Shown here piece after piece: positions 28,346 to 37,405 of a DNA stretch of 64,000 nucleotides (the stretch's first letter is position 1; each line of letters begins with the position of its first letter). Under the pieces are notes generated by a model, which was given only the letters and a program-made list of their open reading frames with translations, was not told the origin of the DNA and ran no database searches. The position numbers and the translations under genes were made by a program. The stretch spans positions 124,001-188,000 of the IMG/VR virus record IMGVR_UViG_3300010389_000001; one strand, given 5' to 3'.

Positions 28346-30324
28346 ACAAGATTTCACAGTCTGATTCCTTTGATCTTTATGCAAAAACTCTTTCTTCTTT
28401 TTTGGCAAAGCAAGATAGCTCTGAAGATCTCGTTAAGACGGCCAGCCTTTTCGGCGAGGTGCTCGGACTAATCGGTTCAAGCGGAAAAAATGTTCTTAAA
28501 GCCCTCACTTCCGGTGAATCAGCAAAGGCCTTAAAGGCAGGAGGGGATGTAACTTTTGTCAAAGTTTTAGAAGATGCTGATATCGCGGCCGATGAAGCAG
28601 TCGCAGCAGCAAAAAGCGCATATCCAGATGAAGCTTTCGAACTTTTTTTCAAAGACGAAGAAACTCTTAAAAACTTATATAAATATGAATCATTATTAAA
28701 GGCAAGGGATGCTTATACCGATGAAGCAGTAATAAAAAGCATTAATGATCAGATTGAAGAGTTAAGCAGAGCATTAGAGGATAAACTACCGTTAAATAAT
28801 CCCGAATTGCTAGACCTTTTTAAAAAAGCAAGGCTAAAATATACTCCATCTGAAATGCCTGGAAATGTTGATGACTTGAGGAGGGGTCTCGGGCTGATGG
28901 AAGATAGCCCAGTCCCTACCCCCGGGGCAGGCAAAGCAATTGCCGAAGAAGCGTCTGAAGAAGCAGCGCAAAAAAGCATGAAGGCAGCAGTTGATGCGGG
29001 AGATCTTGAAGGAGCCAATAAGATTGGCGTAGAACTAGCCAAGGCCAAGGAAGCGCATCTAAAAAAGATAGATGAAGCACTTAAGGATCTAAAGAAAAAA
29101 TGGTGGAGAGGAGATCTGAAAACACCAGAGTATAACAAGCTGGCCGACATGTATAAGGCGCAAGCAAAAAATCTGCAAGGATCTACAGACTCCCTTCTGT
29201 CAACGCTCGGAGGTTGGGCGAAAAACCTAGCGGCTTTCAGCATTCTCAAAAATCTAGCTTTAGCCGCAGGACTGATCTTTGCTGGCAAGGCTGGCTACGA
29301 CTGGTATACCAGCGATGAAGAAGCAGATTTGGAAGAAAATCTGGAACAGAGATCAAAGCCGGAATTTGACGAAGAAGTCGTAACGATAGCTCCAGAAGAA
29401 TTTAAGGCAAAAAGAGCCTTTGATAAAGATGATAATCAGTTAATGCAAGAAGCTATAAGGGCTGCAGATGGAGAAACTCTTGAGTATATCAAAAATTTAT
29501 ACAAGAAAGAATTGGCCCTAGAGCTTCCGGAAGAATTCGAAGGTATGACTCACGTATTTATGACCCCCAAGGTGGGTGGCGCAAAAATTCAGGACCCAAG
29601 ATTTAGAGAGGGCTACCTGAGAGCCCTGATTGATTACCTAAAAACAAATGCAGGAGCAGAAACTTACGGTATTTATCTGAGCAGCGAGAGGTCCCCTCAG
29701 CATGCTCTAAATGCGGCTGCTGAAAAAGCAATTAATCTACAGCTTTGGAAAAAGAATTTATTCAGAAATCGCGGAAGGAGATGGCTGAAGGGCAAAAGGC
29801 TAAAAGGAGGTCCGGGAATGCTAGGTTCAGAGAGAGCAGACGTACCAAGAAAAGTCAGGAGGGCTCATGCTGATAATCCAGATAGACTTCAAAAACTATC
29901 TCATTTTAGAGATGTTTCACTAGAAACTACTAATAATCATTCAATTAATGATGTTAATCTGCTAAAAAAGGCAGATGAAATGTCAAAGTCTTACCACAAG
30001 GATGCCGTAAAGGATCTGGCCGGGGAAGACAAAGCACTCCGAGAATATTTTACAGGTCTAGGAAGACTGTATGATGCTGAATCGGAAAAAAGAAATCCAG
30101 ATTACGAGGAGCTAAACAAACTTCATGATGAAACAGGCCGAGATTTAACTCTTTCGGCGCATCCAAAAGCAATCAGAGTATCTGATGCAATGGGTAACGG
30201 CGGATTGGTTGAAAATGGTTTGGAGCAAAAAGAGAAGTTAGAGGAAGTGGCGCTAAGCGCACCGACTGGCAACTTTACATCTAGATACGCTAAGCTGAAA
30301 AACTTGTTGATTAAATCAAAGTAA
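28336..30324 (+). CDS. helical head-module protein, candidate internal/ejection protein
   Basis: 662 aa; hydrophobic stretch at ~29227-29286; K-x-A/S motifs. Confidence 0.7.
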   Translation: MRINKISQSDSFDLYAKTLSSFLAKQDSSEDLVKTASLFGEVLGLIGSSGKNVLKALTSGESAKALKAGGDVTFVKVLEDADIAADEAVAAAKSAYPDEAFELFFKDEETLKNLYKYESLLKARDAYTDEAVIKSINDQIEELSRALEDKLPLNNPELLDLFKKARLKYTPSEMPGNVDDLRRGLGLMEDSPVPTPGAGKAIAEEASEEAAQKSMKAAVDAGDLEGANKIGVELAKAKEAHLKKIDEALKDLKKKWWRGDLKTPEYNKLADMYKAQAKNLQGSTDSLLSTLGGWAKNLAAFSILKNLALAAGLIFAGKAGYDWYTSDEEADLEENLEQRSKPEFDEEVVTIAPEEFKAKRAFDKDDNQLMQEAIRAADGETLEYIKNLYKKELALELPEEFEGMTHVFMTPKVGGAKIQDPRFREGYLRALIDYLKTNAGAETYGIYLSSERSPQHALNAAAEKAINLQLWKKNLFRNRGRRWLKGKRLKGGPGMLGSERADVPRKVRRAHADNPDRLQKLSHFRDVSLETTNNHSINDVNLLKKADEMSKSYHKDAVKDLAGEDKALREYFTGLGRLYDAESEKRNPDYEELNKLHDETGRDLTLSAHPKAIRVSDAMGNGGLVENGLEQKEKLEEVALSAPTGNFTSRYAKLKNLLIKSK

Positions 30325-30388
30325 AACCTAGACAATATATTCAATGGTTGAATATATTAAACTTTAGAATAATTCAGGAGAATTAAAA

Positions 30389-30997
30389 ATGGCTTTAAAA
30401 CTATTAAATCCAGGCCTAAGACCCCTCGGCATGTTCGACCTCAATGATGACGACGCCGGCCAGCTAGTTGGCGGCGAGTATGTTGAGCTTCAGCAGGACG
30501 ATTTTGCCACGGAGGCTTATGCCGCAGATGTTGGCCAGCAGGCCGATGCCACTGGCATGGTTAACTTCACCAGAAAGGCGAGAGCTAGCGGTGGCGGAGT
30601 GCTTGGCGGACTCGCTGATGAGGGTGGCGATGAGTACGGCACGCTATTCGGCTCACTAATCGGCCAGAATGCTGGTCGCTCCACGCAGTACGGCCTAGTC
30701 AATGGCGCCGTCGTTCTTGGTCCAGAGACTGATCGCGCATCTGGCAAGGTAACAGTATGGGCAACTCCCGGTCTTTACGGTGTAACGGATCAGGATGCTA
30801 CCCTTGATGCTGCAAATGCAAACGCTGACCTCGCTGCAACGGGTGCCGGCCTACTAACCACCGCTGTTGGCGAAAAGGTCGCAACTTATGTAGCTGCAAT
30901 GTCAGACACATCACTCGTTTCCACCACGGCAACCGCCGCTGGTGAGACTGCAACCACTGAGTACCACGCGGTATTCTTTATGGCCAACGTAAACTAA
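30389..30997 (+). CDS. probable capsid decoration/minor capsid protein (paralog 2)
   Basis: Immediately upstream of MCP; AGGAG RBS; codon style like MCP. Confidence 0.6.
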   Translation: MALKLLNPGLRPLGMFDLNDDDAGQLVGGEYVELQQDDFATEAYAADVGQQADATGMVNFTRKARASGGGVLGGLADEGGDEYGTLFGSLIGQNAGRSTQYGLVNGAVVLGPETDRASGKVTVWATPGLYGVTDQDATLDAANANADLAATGAGLLTTAVGEKVATYVAAMSDTSLVSTTATAAGETATTEYHAVFFMANVN

Positions 30998-31013
30998 GGC
31001 ATAGGAGGATAAA

Positions 31014-32024
31014 ATGTCAAATCTATTCAATACACATGGTGAAATCAATGCCTCCAATGTCACCGAGGCACTATCACAGATTGTTAAGTACGCCTCCATC
31101 ATTGAGGATCTACAGCCCTCCAGCTCCGCTCAGGCTGCTGCTCCCTCACTAAATGATGGCCAGCGCGACGAGATGATCAAGCAGGCGCTTATGACCCAGG
31201 AGGGCAAGATTGCTCTCGGTCAGGCAATGGCTAACCCAATCCGTAGAAACCTTGACTACCAGGGCGTTGCTCGTAAGGCTCTCGTAGTTGACCCTCTACC
31301 CCAGGGCGCTCTACCCGTCTACGATCGTGATATCGACGTAGCTGCTGTTGTTGTTTCCAGCAACGGTGCTGCTCCCGAGTCACGCGTCTTCGGCGACAGA
31401 GTAACTGTTCCTGAGTTTGAGGTTGTTTCTAACCCGACCGTCCGTATCGCTGAGGTCAAGCGTCGTCGTTTCAACGTAATCGACCGTGCTCAGCAGAAGG
31501 CTCGTCAGGAGATCCAGGCGCAGGAGGATGCGAACGTATTCTCAGCTCTCACCTTCGCTGGCGACAGCACCCTTGGTGGCGAGAACGCAGCTGTAGCTCT
31601 TGATCCTGCCGCTGCCGGCTCCCTCAACAAGGACGGCCTCGTCAATCTCAAGAGACAGATTGATCGTTGGGACCTAGTTACTTCCAAGTACTTCATGAAC
31701 ATCAACGAGTTCACTGACATTCTCACCTGGGAATCTGCCGGTGGCACAAACTCACAGGTTGATCCCGTCACGCAGCGCGAGCTTCTACAGACCGGCCTAT
31801 ACGGCCACGTCTTTGGCGCCGATATCATCGTCTCCAAGGTCGTTCCTGTAAATCGTGCTTTCGCTACGGCCGACCCCGAGTTCGTAGGTGTCATGCCTGT
31901 ACGTCAGGACATCGAGGTTCTACCCGCCGACGAGCCCAAGCAGCTTAAGCTTGGTTGGGTTGTCAACGAGATCATCGGTGTTGGCATCGTCAACCCCCGT
32001 GGTGTTGCAACGGGTACCATCTAA
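31014..32024 (+). CDS. major capsid protein (HK97 fold)
   Basis: 336 aa, AGGAGG RBS, terminator downstream; PIRRNLDYQGVARK, RVTVPEFEVVSNP, GLYGHVFGADIIVS. Confidence 0.85.
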   Translation: MSNLFNTHGEINASNVTEALSQIVKYASIIEDLQPSSSAQAAAPSLNDGQRDEMIKQALMTQEGKIALGQAMANPIRRNLDYQGVARKALVVDPLPQGALPVYDRDIDVAAVVVSSNGAAPESRVFGDRVTVPEFEVVSNPTVRIAEVKRRRFNVIDRAQQKARQEIQAQEDANVFSALTFAGDSTLGGENAAVALDPAAAGSLNKDGLVNLKRQIDRWDLVTSKYFMNINEFTDILTWESAGGTNSQVDPVTQRELLQTGLYGHVFGADIIVSKVVPVNRAFATADPEFVGVMPVRQDIEVLPADEPKQLKLGWVVNEIIGVGIVNPRGVATGTI

Positions 32025-32051
32025 TCTTTAGATTTAATCTTTAGATTATCT

Positions 32052-32083
32052 AAAAGGCGTAGCATTTTTGCTGCGCCTTTTTT
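32052..32083 (+). terminator. intrinsic terminator after MCP
   Basis: AAAAGGCGTAGCA-TTTT-TGCTGCGCCTTTTTT. Confidence 0.85.
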
Positions 32084-32116
32084 ATATTAATATTTTGCAG
32101 TTATAATGAGATAACT

Positions 32117-32650
32117 ATGAATCCAAATAAACTTAAAAGTAGGATGAAATTTGTAAAGGGAAAGGCTCTACCAGACCGTGCTCAGGCTCTTACCACTTCT
32201 CGTCGAAGCGCCGGAAGCATAAGTCCAGAGACTAGCTCTGATCCAGAAGATAAATTTGAAACATTTTTCGATTACGAAGAAGAGCTTTCCGGGCTTAAGC
32301 CATCATCTGAACAGTTTAGTCAAATGATCGAAGAAGATACTTCCATGGTAATGGAAGAGATTGACTCTTTTGATGAACCCGAAGTAGTTCATGATTTTCA
32401 AAATAATGAAATTGATAATAATCCAGAAGATAAGTCTGGCTTTATTATTATGGAGGATGCAACTCCAATAATTTTAGAAAGTGATGATGATAAAAAAATA
32501 GATAATTCTAATAATAATAACGGTTTATTTGAATTCATTCGATGCGACTTCATCAAGGATGACGGAAATAGGTGCAAAAGGCAAGCTCCGAAGGGTTCAA
32601 CCATATGTTCTGTCCATAAGAAATATTTAAAAAAGAGGAATTTAAAATGA
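32117..32650 (+). CDS. hypothetical protein with C-terminal C3H zinc finger
   Basis: RCDFIKDDGNRCKRQAPKGSTICSVH. Confidence 0.7.
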   Translation: MNPNKLKSRMKFVKGKALPDRAQALTTSRRSAGSISPETSSDPEDKFETFFDYEEELSGLKPSSEQFSQMIEEDTSMVMEEIDSFDEPEVVHDFQNNEIDNNPEDKSGFIIMEDATPIILESDDDKKIDNSNNNNGLFEFIRCDFIKDDGNRCKRQAPKGSTICSVHKKYLKKRNLK

Positions 32651-32868
32651 ATCAATATGAAACTTCAGATCTAGCACTAGCAGCTTATCTGACCCTAAAA
32701 GGTCTAAAGCTCATTAGCGCCAAAAGATTGGAGTCCGGAAGATTTGAGTTTATTTTGGACGATTCAAATCGTACCGCAGATTCTCTATCCCTAGAGTTCT
32801 TTGGAAGCGATTTTTGTGAGTATGATAACAAAATAAGATCTTTAAAGAAGATTCTATACTCCAAGTAA
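32647..32868 (+). CDS. small protein, DUF5659-like
   Basis: YETSDLALAAYL...FEF...IRSLKKIL; family assignment from recall. Confidence 0.55.
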   Translation: MNQYETSDLALAAYLTLKGLKLISAKRLESGRFEFILDDSNRTADSLSLEFFGSDFCEYDNKIRSLKKILYSK

Positions 32869-32869
32869 T

Positions 32870-34123
32870 ATGATCGCGAACACCTTTGAAGATAAGCCTG
32901 AAACCGGTGTTATAAAAATGATGAGCCTCGCCAGAGGCTCTGGCTTTTATTATGGTAATGATGAATGGGCAAATCTTGGACAAGGTGCTCCGGAACTTGG
33001 AGTACTAGAGGGAGGAATAGAGAGGCTAAAAGAAATAAGCCTTGAAGGTAACATCTGTGAGTATGCGCCATCCGTTGGGCTGCCGGATTTAAGAAAAGCC
33101 GTTGCCGAGCTTTATAATGATCGGTACAGAGCCGGCATGCCTACGCAATACTCTGCTGAGAATGTATGCATTGTTGCTGGCGGAAGACTTGCTCTATCGA
33201 GAATATGCGCTGCAATGAAAAACATTCATCTTGGCCATGTTCTTCCTGACTATACTGCTTATAGTGAACTTCTAAGCTGCTTTGGAAACATATTCCCAAT
33301 CCCCATACCGCTGAGAGAAGTTGACGGGTTTCACCTTTCCCCCTCACGAATGAGATCTGAGATAGTTGACCGCGGCCTTGGCGCCTTTCTTCTTTCCAAT
33401 CCATGTAATCCTACCGGCCAGACTGGCTCTGGCAAAGACGTGCAAGCATGGGTAGATATTGCCAGATCAAACAATTGCACTTTAATCCTGGACGAATTTT
33501 ATTCTCATTATCTATATGGCGAATCAGCAAGAGCTGACGGACCCTCTCTTTCTGCCGCGCGATATATAGAGGATGTAAATAATGATCCGGTTATACTTAT
33601 AGATGGAATAACCAAAAACTGGAGATATCCTGGACTAAGGGTAGCTTGGATTGTTGGTCCCAAAAACTTAATTAAAAGAATGGCCTCTATAGGATCATTC
33701 TTGGATGGCGGCGCTCCCAAGCCAATACAAAGCGCAATCCTGCCTTTAATCAATAAAGAGCATGCAGATAAAGAGGCGCTTGCCATACAGGCTGCGTTCT
33801 CAAAGAAAAGAAACCTTCTTATTGATGGCTTTGAATCTTTAGGCTTAAAGCTTTACAACAAGCCATCCGGTGCTTTTTACTTCTTTGTATCCCTGGAAGA
33901 CCTGCCGGCGCCATTTTCAAATGGACTGACTTTTGCCGAAGAAGCTCTAAAGCACAAAACAATTGTAATTCCCGGAGAGTATTTTGACGTAAATCCGGGC
34001 AAAAGAAGATCTCATATCGATTCAAGATTAAAAAAGTATATACGAGTTAGTTTTGGCCCAAATATTTCCGAGATAAAAATGGGTCTCGCAAACTTTGGCT
34101 CTATACTTAATAATCTTAAATGA
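32870..34123 (+). CDS. PLP-dependent aminotransferase class I/II
   Basis: NLGQGAPE, EYAP..G..LRKAVA, SNPCNPTG, LILDEFY, DGITKNW (K249, PLP lysine), RVSFG. Confidence 0.95.
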   Translation: MIANTFEDKPETGVIKMMSLARGSGFYYGNDEWANLGQGAPELGVLEGGIERLKEISLEGNICEYAPSVGLPDLRKAVAELYNDRYRAGMPTQYSAENVCIVAGGRLALSRICAAMKNIHLGHVLPDYTAYSELLSCFGNIFPIPIPLREVDGFHLSPSRMRSEIVDRGLGAFLLSNPCNPTGQTGSGKDVQAWVDIARSNNCTLILDEFYSHYLYGESARADGPSLSAARYIEDVNNDPVILIDGITKNWRYPGLRVAWIVGPKNLIKRMASIGSFLDGGAPKPIQSAILPLINKEHADKEALAIQAAFSKKRNLLIDGFESLGLKLYNKPSGAFYFFVSLEDLPAPFSNGLTFAEEALKHKTIVIPGEYFDVNPGKRRSHIDSRLKKYIRVSFGPNISEIKMGLANFGSILNNLK

Positions 34124-34695
34124 AACTTAATAATTTAGATTTTAAGTCAATTTTTCTTAAAGCAGAATATTTATCTGCCGAATACGATTTAACTTCGGAA
34201 AAATTTGATTTATATAAAATGGAATTCATGAAGGAGCTTTCAAAGCAAGAAGGCTCGGAGGGGTTGTTTGGAGAGCAAGAGAGCACTCTCGAAGAATCTA
34301 TTGAAGAAATTATCAATGAGGGTTCCGAAGATAGCGTAGTAATCAGCAAGGAATTCAAAAATATCTATAAAAAAATAATGACGATAATCCATCCGGACAA
34401 GATTCTACTACTAAAAGATCAAAGATTGATCGAGCAGTATAACAAGTTGGCCATCGAGCTAAATAGCGCATACGAAGAGGGCGATTGGTTTGTTCTCTTA
34501 AACATTGCGGTTAAGTTGGACATTCCGGATTTAGATATTCCTGAAGATAAAGTTGAATGGCTAAAAGATTATTGTGAAAAAAAGGAGAATGAAATAAAGG
34601 GTCTAAAAAGCACATTTGCTTGGGTATGGTTTCATTCTCCCGAAAAAATGAAACAAATTTTAATAACTAATTTTATTAAAAATTTTTCTAAATAA
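34120..34695 (+). CDS. J-domain-like (HPD) protein
   Basis: YKKIMTIIHPDK...LNSAYE (H91-P92-D93). Confidence 0.65.
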   Translation: MKLNNLDFKSIFLKAEYLSAEYDLTSEKFDLYKMEFMKELSKQEGSEGLFGEQESTLEESIEEIINEGSEDSVVISKEFKNIYKKIMTIIHPDKILLLKDQRLIEQYNKLAIELNSAYEEGDWFVLLNIAVKLDIPDLDIPEDKVEWLKDYCEKKENEIKGLKSTFAWVWFHSPEKMKQILITNFIKNFSK

Positions 34696-34853
34696 TTTAA
34701 TTTTGATTTTTCTTGTCTTTTATTTAACGCTATTTTCTTCCTACTAATAATTTGAGCAAAATTGAAAATAGCAAATATGTCTTGTTTTGTTAAAGATGCC
34801 TTAAGTGTAATATAAAGGTTATGTTTTAAACCAAATAACAAAGGAGACATATA

Positions 34854-37298
34854 ATGTCTATGACAAATAACGGAGCGGTACTAGGACTTTCCGCTCGTCT
34901 AATGAGAGCTGTTGAGCTACACTTCGATGTCGATGCTTCAACTGGCGCTCTAAGACTAGATCCGACCATGCTAGGCCTCGTCGGCCTAGACGGCGATGGT
35001 GCTTGGGTCGGCGGTGCTGATCTTCTCAACGGCACCTCAAACTTCGCAGATTTCGCAGCAGCAGTTAAGACTGCTCTTGATGCGGAAGAGTCTGCAAGAT
35101 CTGCGGCAGATGTAACCCTACAGGGCAACATCGACGCAGAGGAAGCAGCAAGAATTGCTGGCGATGCAGCTGTAACGGCAGCATTCCAGGCAGCTGATTC
35201 TTCCATTCAGGCAGAGCTTGATGCATCACAGGTTGGCGCAGGTCTCGCTGCTGACGGCTCTTTCGTCGTAAACGCAGACGGACTCTTCGTAGATACTGCG
35301 GTTTCACTCTCTGACGCCATCAACAAGCTTGATGCTGGCGTAGAAGCAGAGTTTGATGCTATTGCTGTAGCTCAGGCAGACCAGGATCTCGCTCTAATGA
35401 ATGAGATTACTGCAAGAACTGGTGCTGATGCAACTCTGCAGAGCAACATCGACGCAGAGGCAACTGCAAGAGCAGCTGGCGATTCAGCGCTCCAGTCAAA
35501 CATTGACGATGAGGCTGCAGCAAGAGCTGCTGCTGACACAACCCTACAGGGCAACATCGACGCAGAAGAGGCGAGAGCACTCGCCGCTGAGGGTGTTCTG
35601 CAGGGCAACATCGACTCTGAGGCTGCCGCAAGAGTTGCTGGTGATGCCGCTCTACAGAGCGAGCTTGACGCAACGCAGGCAGGCGCAGGCCTTGGCGCCG
35701 ACGGTTCTTACACCGCAGACGCTTCCTCAAACTACATGGCAAGCGCAACGTCACTCTTTGAGGCTGACGTAGCTCTCGATGCAAGCGTAAAGGTTGTCGC
35801 TGACGGCCTAGCTGCAGAGATCGTAAATAGAACTGCCGATGTTGATGCAGAAGAGGCGAGAGCACTCGCTGCTGAGGGCGTTCTACAGGGCAACATCGAC
35901 GCAGAGGAGTCAGCAAGAATCGCTGGCGATGCAGCTCTACAGACTGCTGTTGATGCCGAGAAGGCTAGAATTGATGCAATCCTAGCAGCTTCAACTGCTG
36001 ACGCAGATTCATTCGCAGAGATCGTAACTCTAATCAACTCTGTTGACACCGAGAACGATGCGGCATTCGCTGCGCACGTACTTACGTACAACGATCGCGT
36101 AACTGCTGTCGATGCTGCACTAGCAGCAGAAGAGGCGGCAAGAATTGCTGGTGATGCGGCGGTTCAGACCAACCTCGACGCCGAGGAAGCAGCAAGAATT
36201 GCTGGTGATGCAGCTGTAACGGCAGCATTCGAGGCTGCTGACGCAACTGTACAGGCAGAGCTTGACGCAACGCAGCTAGGCGCTGGCCTAGCTGTTGACG
36301 GATCTTACGTCGCAAATGCAAATGGTCTCTTCATTGATACTGCGGTATCAATCGTTGATTCCATCAACAAGCTTGATGCAGGCGTAGAGGCAGAGTTTGA
36401 TGCTATTGCTGTAGCTCAGGCAGACCAGGATCTCGCTCTAGCGAACGAGATTACTGCAAGAACTGCTGCTGACGCAACTCTACAGGGCAACATTGATGCA
36501 GAAGAGGCGAGAGCACTCGCCGCTGAGGGCGTCCTACAGGGCAACATCGATGCAGAGGCTTCCGCAAGAGCTGCTGCTGACACCGCTGAGGCAAACGCAA
36601 GAGCTGCTGCTGATACGACTCTACAGAGCAACATCGATGCAGAGGCTTCCGCAAGAGCTGCTGCCGATACGACCCTACAGGGCAATATCGACACAGAGGA
36701 GGCGGCAAGAATCGCTGGTGATGCAGCCCTACAGAGCAACCTTGACACTGAGGAAGCAGCAAGAATTGCTGGTGATGCAGCTGTTCAGGCAAACCTCGAT
36801 GCAGAAGCTGCAACGAGAGCTGCAAACGACGGTGATCTCACCACTCTCAGCACGACTGAGAAGGGCTCACTCGTTGGCGCAATCAACGAGCTATACGCAC
36901 AGAGCGGAAGCGACGTTGCTCTCCTCACTACAAAGTCCAAGTTCATGGAGCCGAAGAGATACACCTTCAGCCATGTTGCAGGTGTTGACGCCATGTCCTT
37001 CGACAGCGTAGCCTTCATTCCGGGCGAGCTAACCCTGATGCATGTCCTCACGGGCGATGCGCAGGTTGAGGTCTACCAGTCTGATATGACTGCAGCAGAG
37101 GTCAAGGCTCTCGTCAAGCCGAGCGTCAAGCTCTTCGTCAACGGTATGCAGGTACCGCTTCTAGTTGTCGGCGGCGAGTACGTCTTCAGCAATGACATGA
37201 ACTCAAGTGGCTACTGGCAGTTCTCTGCCGATGGCAGCAAGATCATGTCACCGATCGCTGTTGATGCAGACGACATGTACTTCATGTTCGTTGGCTAA
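34854..37298 (+). CDS. Ala-rich coiled-coil virion fibre protein
   Basis: 814 aa; ~18-aa repeats LQxNIDxExxRxxxD and GAGLxxDGSY motifs; own terminator. Confidence 0.75.
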   Translation: MSMTNNGAVLGLSARLMRAVELHFDVDASTGALRLDPTMLGLVGLDGDGAWVGGADLLNGTSNFADFAAAVKTALDAEESARSAADVTLQGNIDAEEAARIAGDAAVTAAFQAADSSIQAELDASQVGAGLAADGSFVVNADGLFVDTAVSLSDAINKLDAGVEAEFDAIAVAQADQDLALMNEITARTGADATLQSNIDAEATARAAGDSALQSNIDDEAAARAAADTTLQGNIDAEEARALAAEGVLQGNIDSEAAARVAGDAALQSELDATQAGAGLGADGSYTADASSNYMASATSLFEADVALDASVKVVADGLAAEIVNRTADVDAEEARALAAEGVLQGNIDAEESARIAGDAALQTAVDAEKARIDAILAASTADADSFAEIVTLINSVDTENDAAFAAHVLTYNDRVTAVDAALAAEEAARIAGDAAVQTNLDAEEAARIAGDAAVTAAFEAADATVQAELDATQLGAGLAVDGSYVANANGLFIDTAVSIVDSINKLDAGVEAEFDAIAVAQADQDLALANEITARTAADATLQGNIDAEEARALAAEGVLQGNIDAEASARAAADTAEANARAAADTTLQSNIDAEASARAAADTTLQGNIDTEEAARIAGDAALQSNLDTEEAARIAGDAAVQANLDAEAATRAANDGDLTTLSTTEKGSLVGAINELYAQSGSDVALLTTKSKFMEPKRYTFSHVAGVDAMSFDSVAFIPGELTLMHVLTGDAQVEVYQSDMTAAEVKALVKPSVKLFVNGMQVPLLVVGGEYVFSNDMNSSGYWQFSADGSKIMSPIAVDADDMYFMFVG
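35139..36510 (+). repeat. internal duplication (~110 aa units, 1044-nt offset) in fibre gene
   Basis: EEAARIAGDAAVTAAF...INKLDAGVEAEFDAIAVAQADQDLAL at ~35139 and ~36183. Confidence 0.9.
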
Positions 37299-37325
37299 TT
37301 GCTAGCTAAAAGCTGATTTATCTGT

Positions 37326-37359
37326 GGGCGGGGAGGGAAACTTCCCCGCCCTTTCTTTT
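37326..37359 (+). terminator. intrinsic terminator
   Basis: GGGCGGGGAG...CTTCCCCGCCC-TTTCTTTT. Confidence 0.85.
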
Positions 37360-37405
37360 GCAAAAATTATACTAATTTTTTAAACTCTAATGAGTCGGAG
37401 GAATC

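Noticed and set aside
35100-36830. ~54-nt periodic repeats as a CRISPR array or DGR template/variable pair
   Set aside because: In-frame coding repeats with no unique spacers; differences are not adenine-specific; no reverse transcriptase or cas gene
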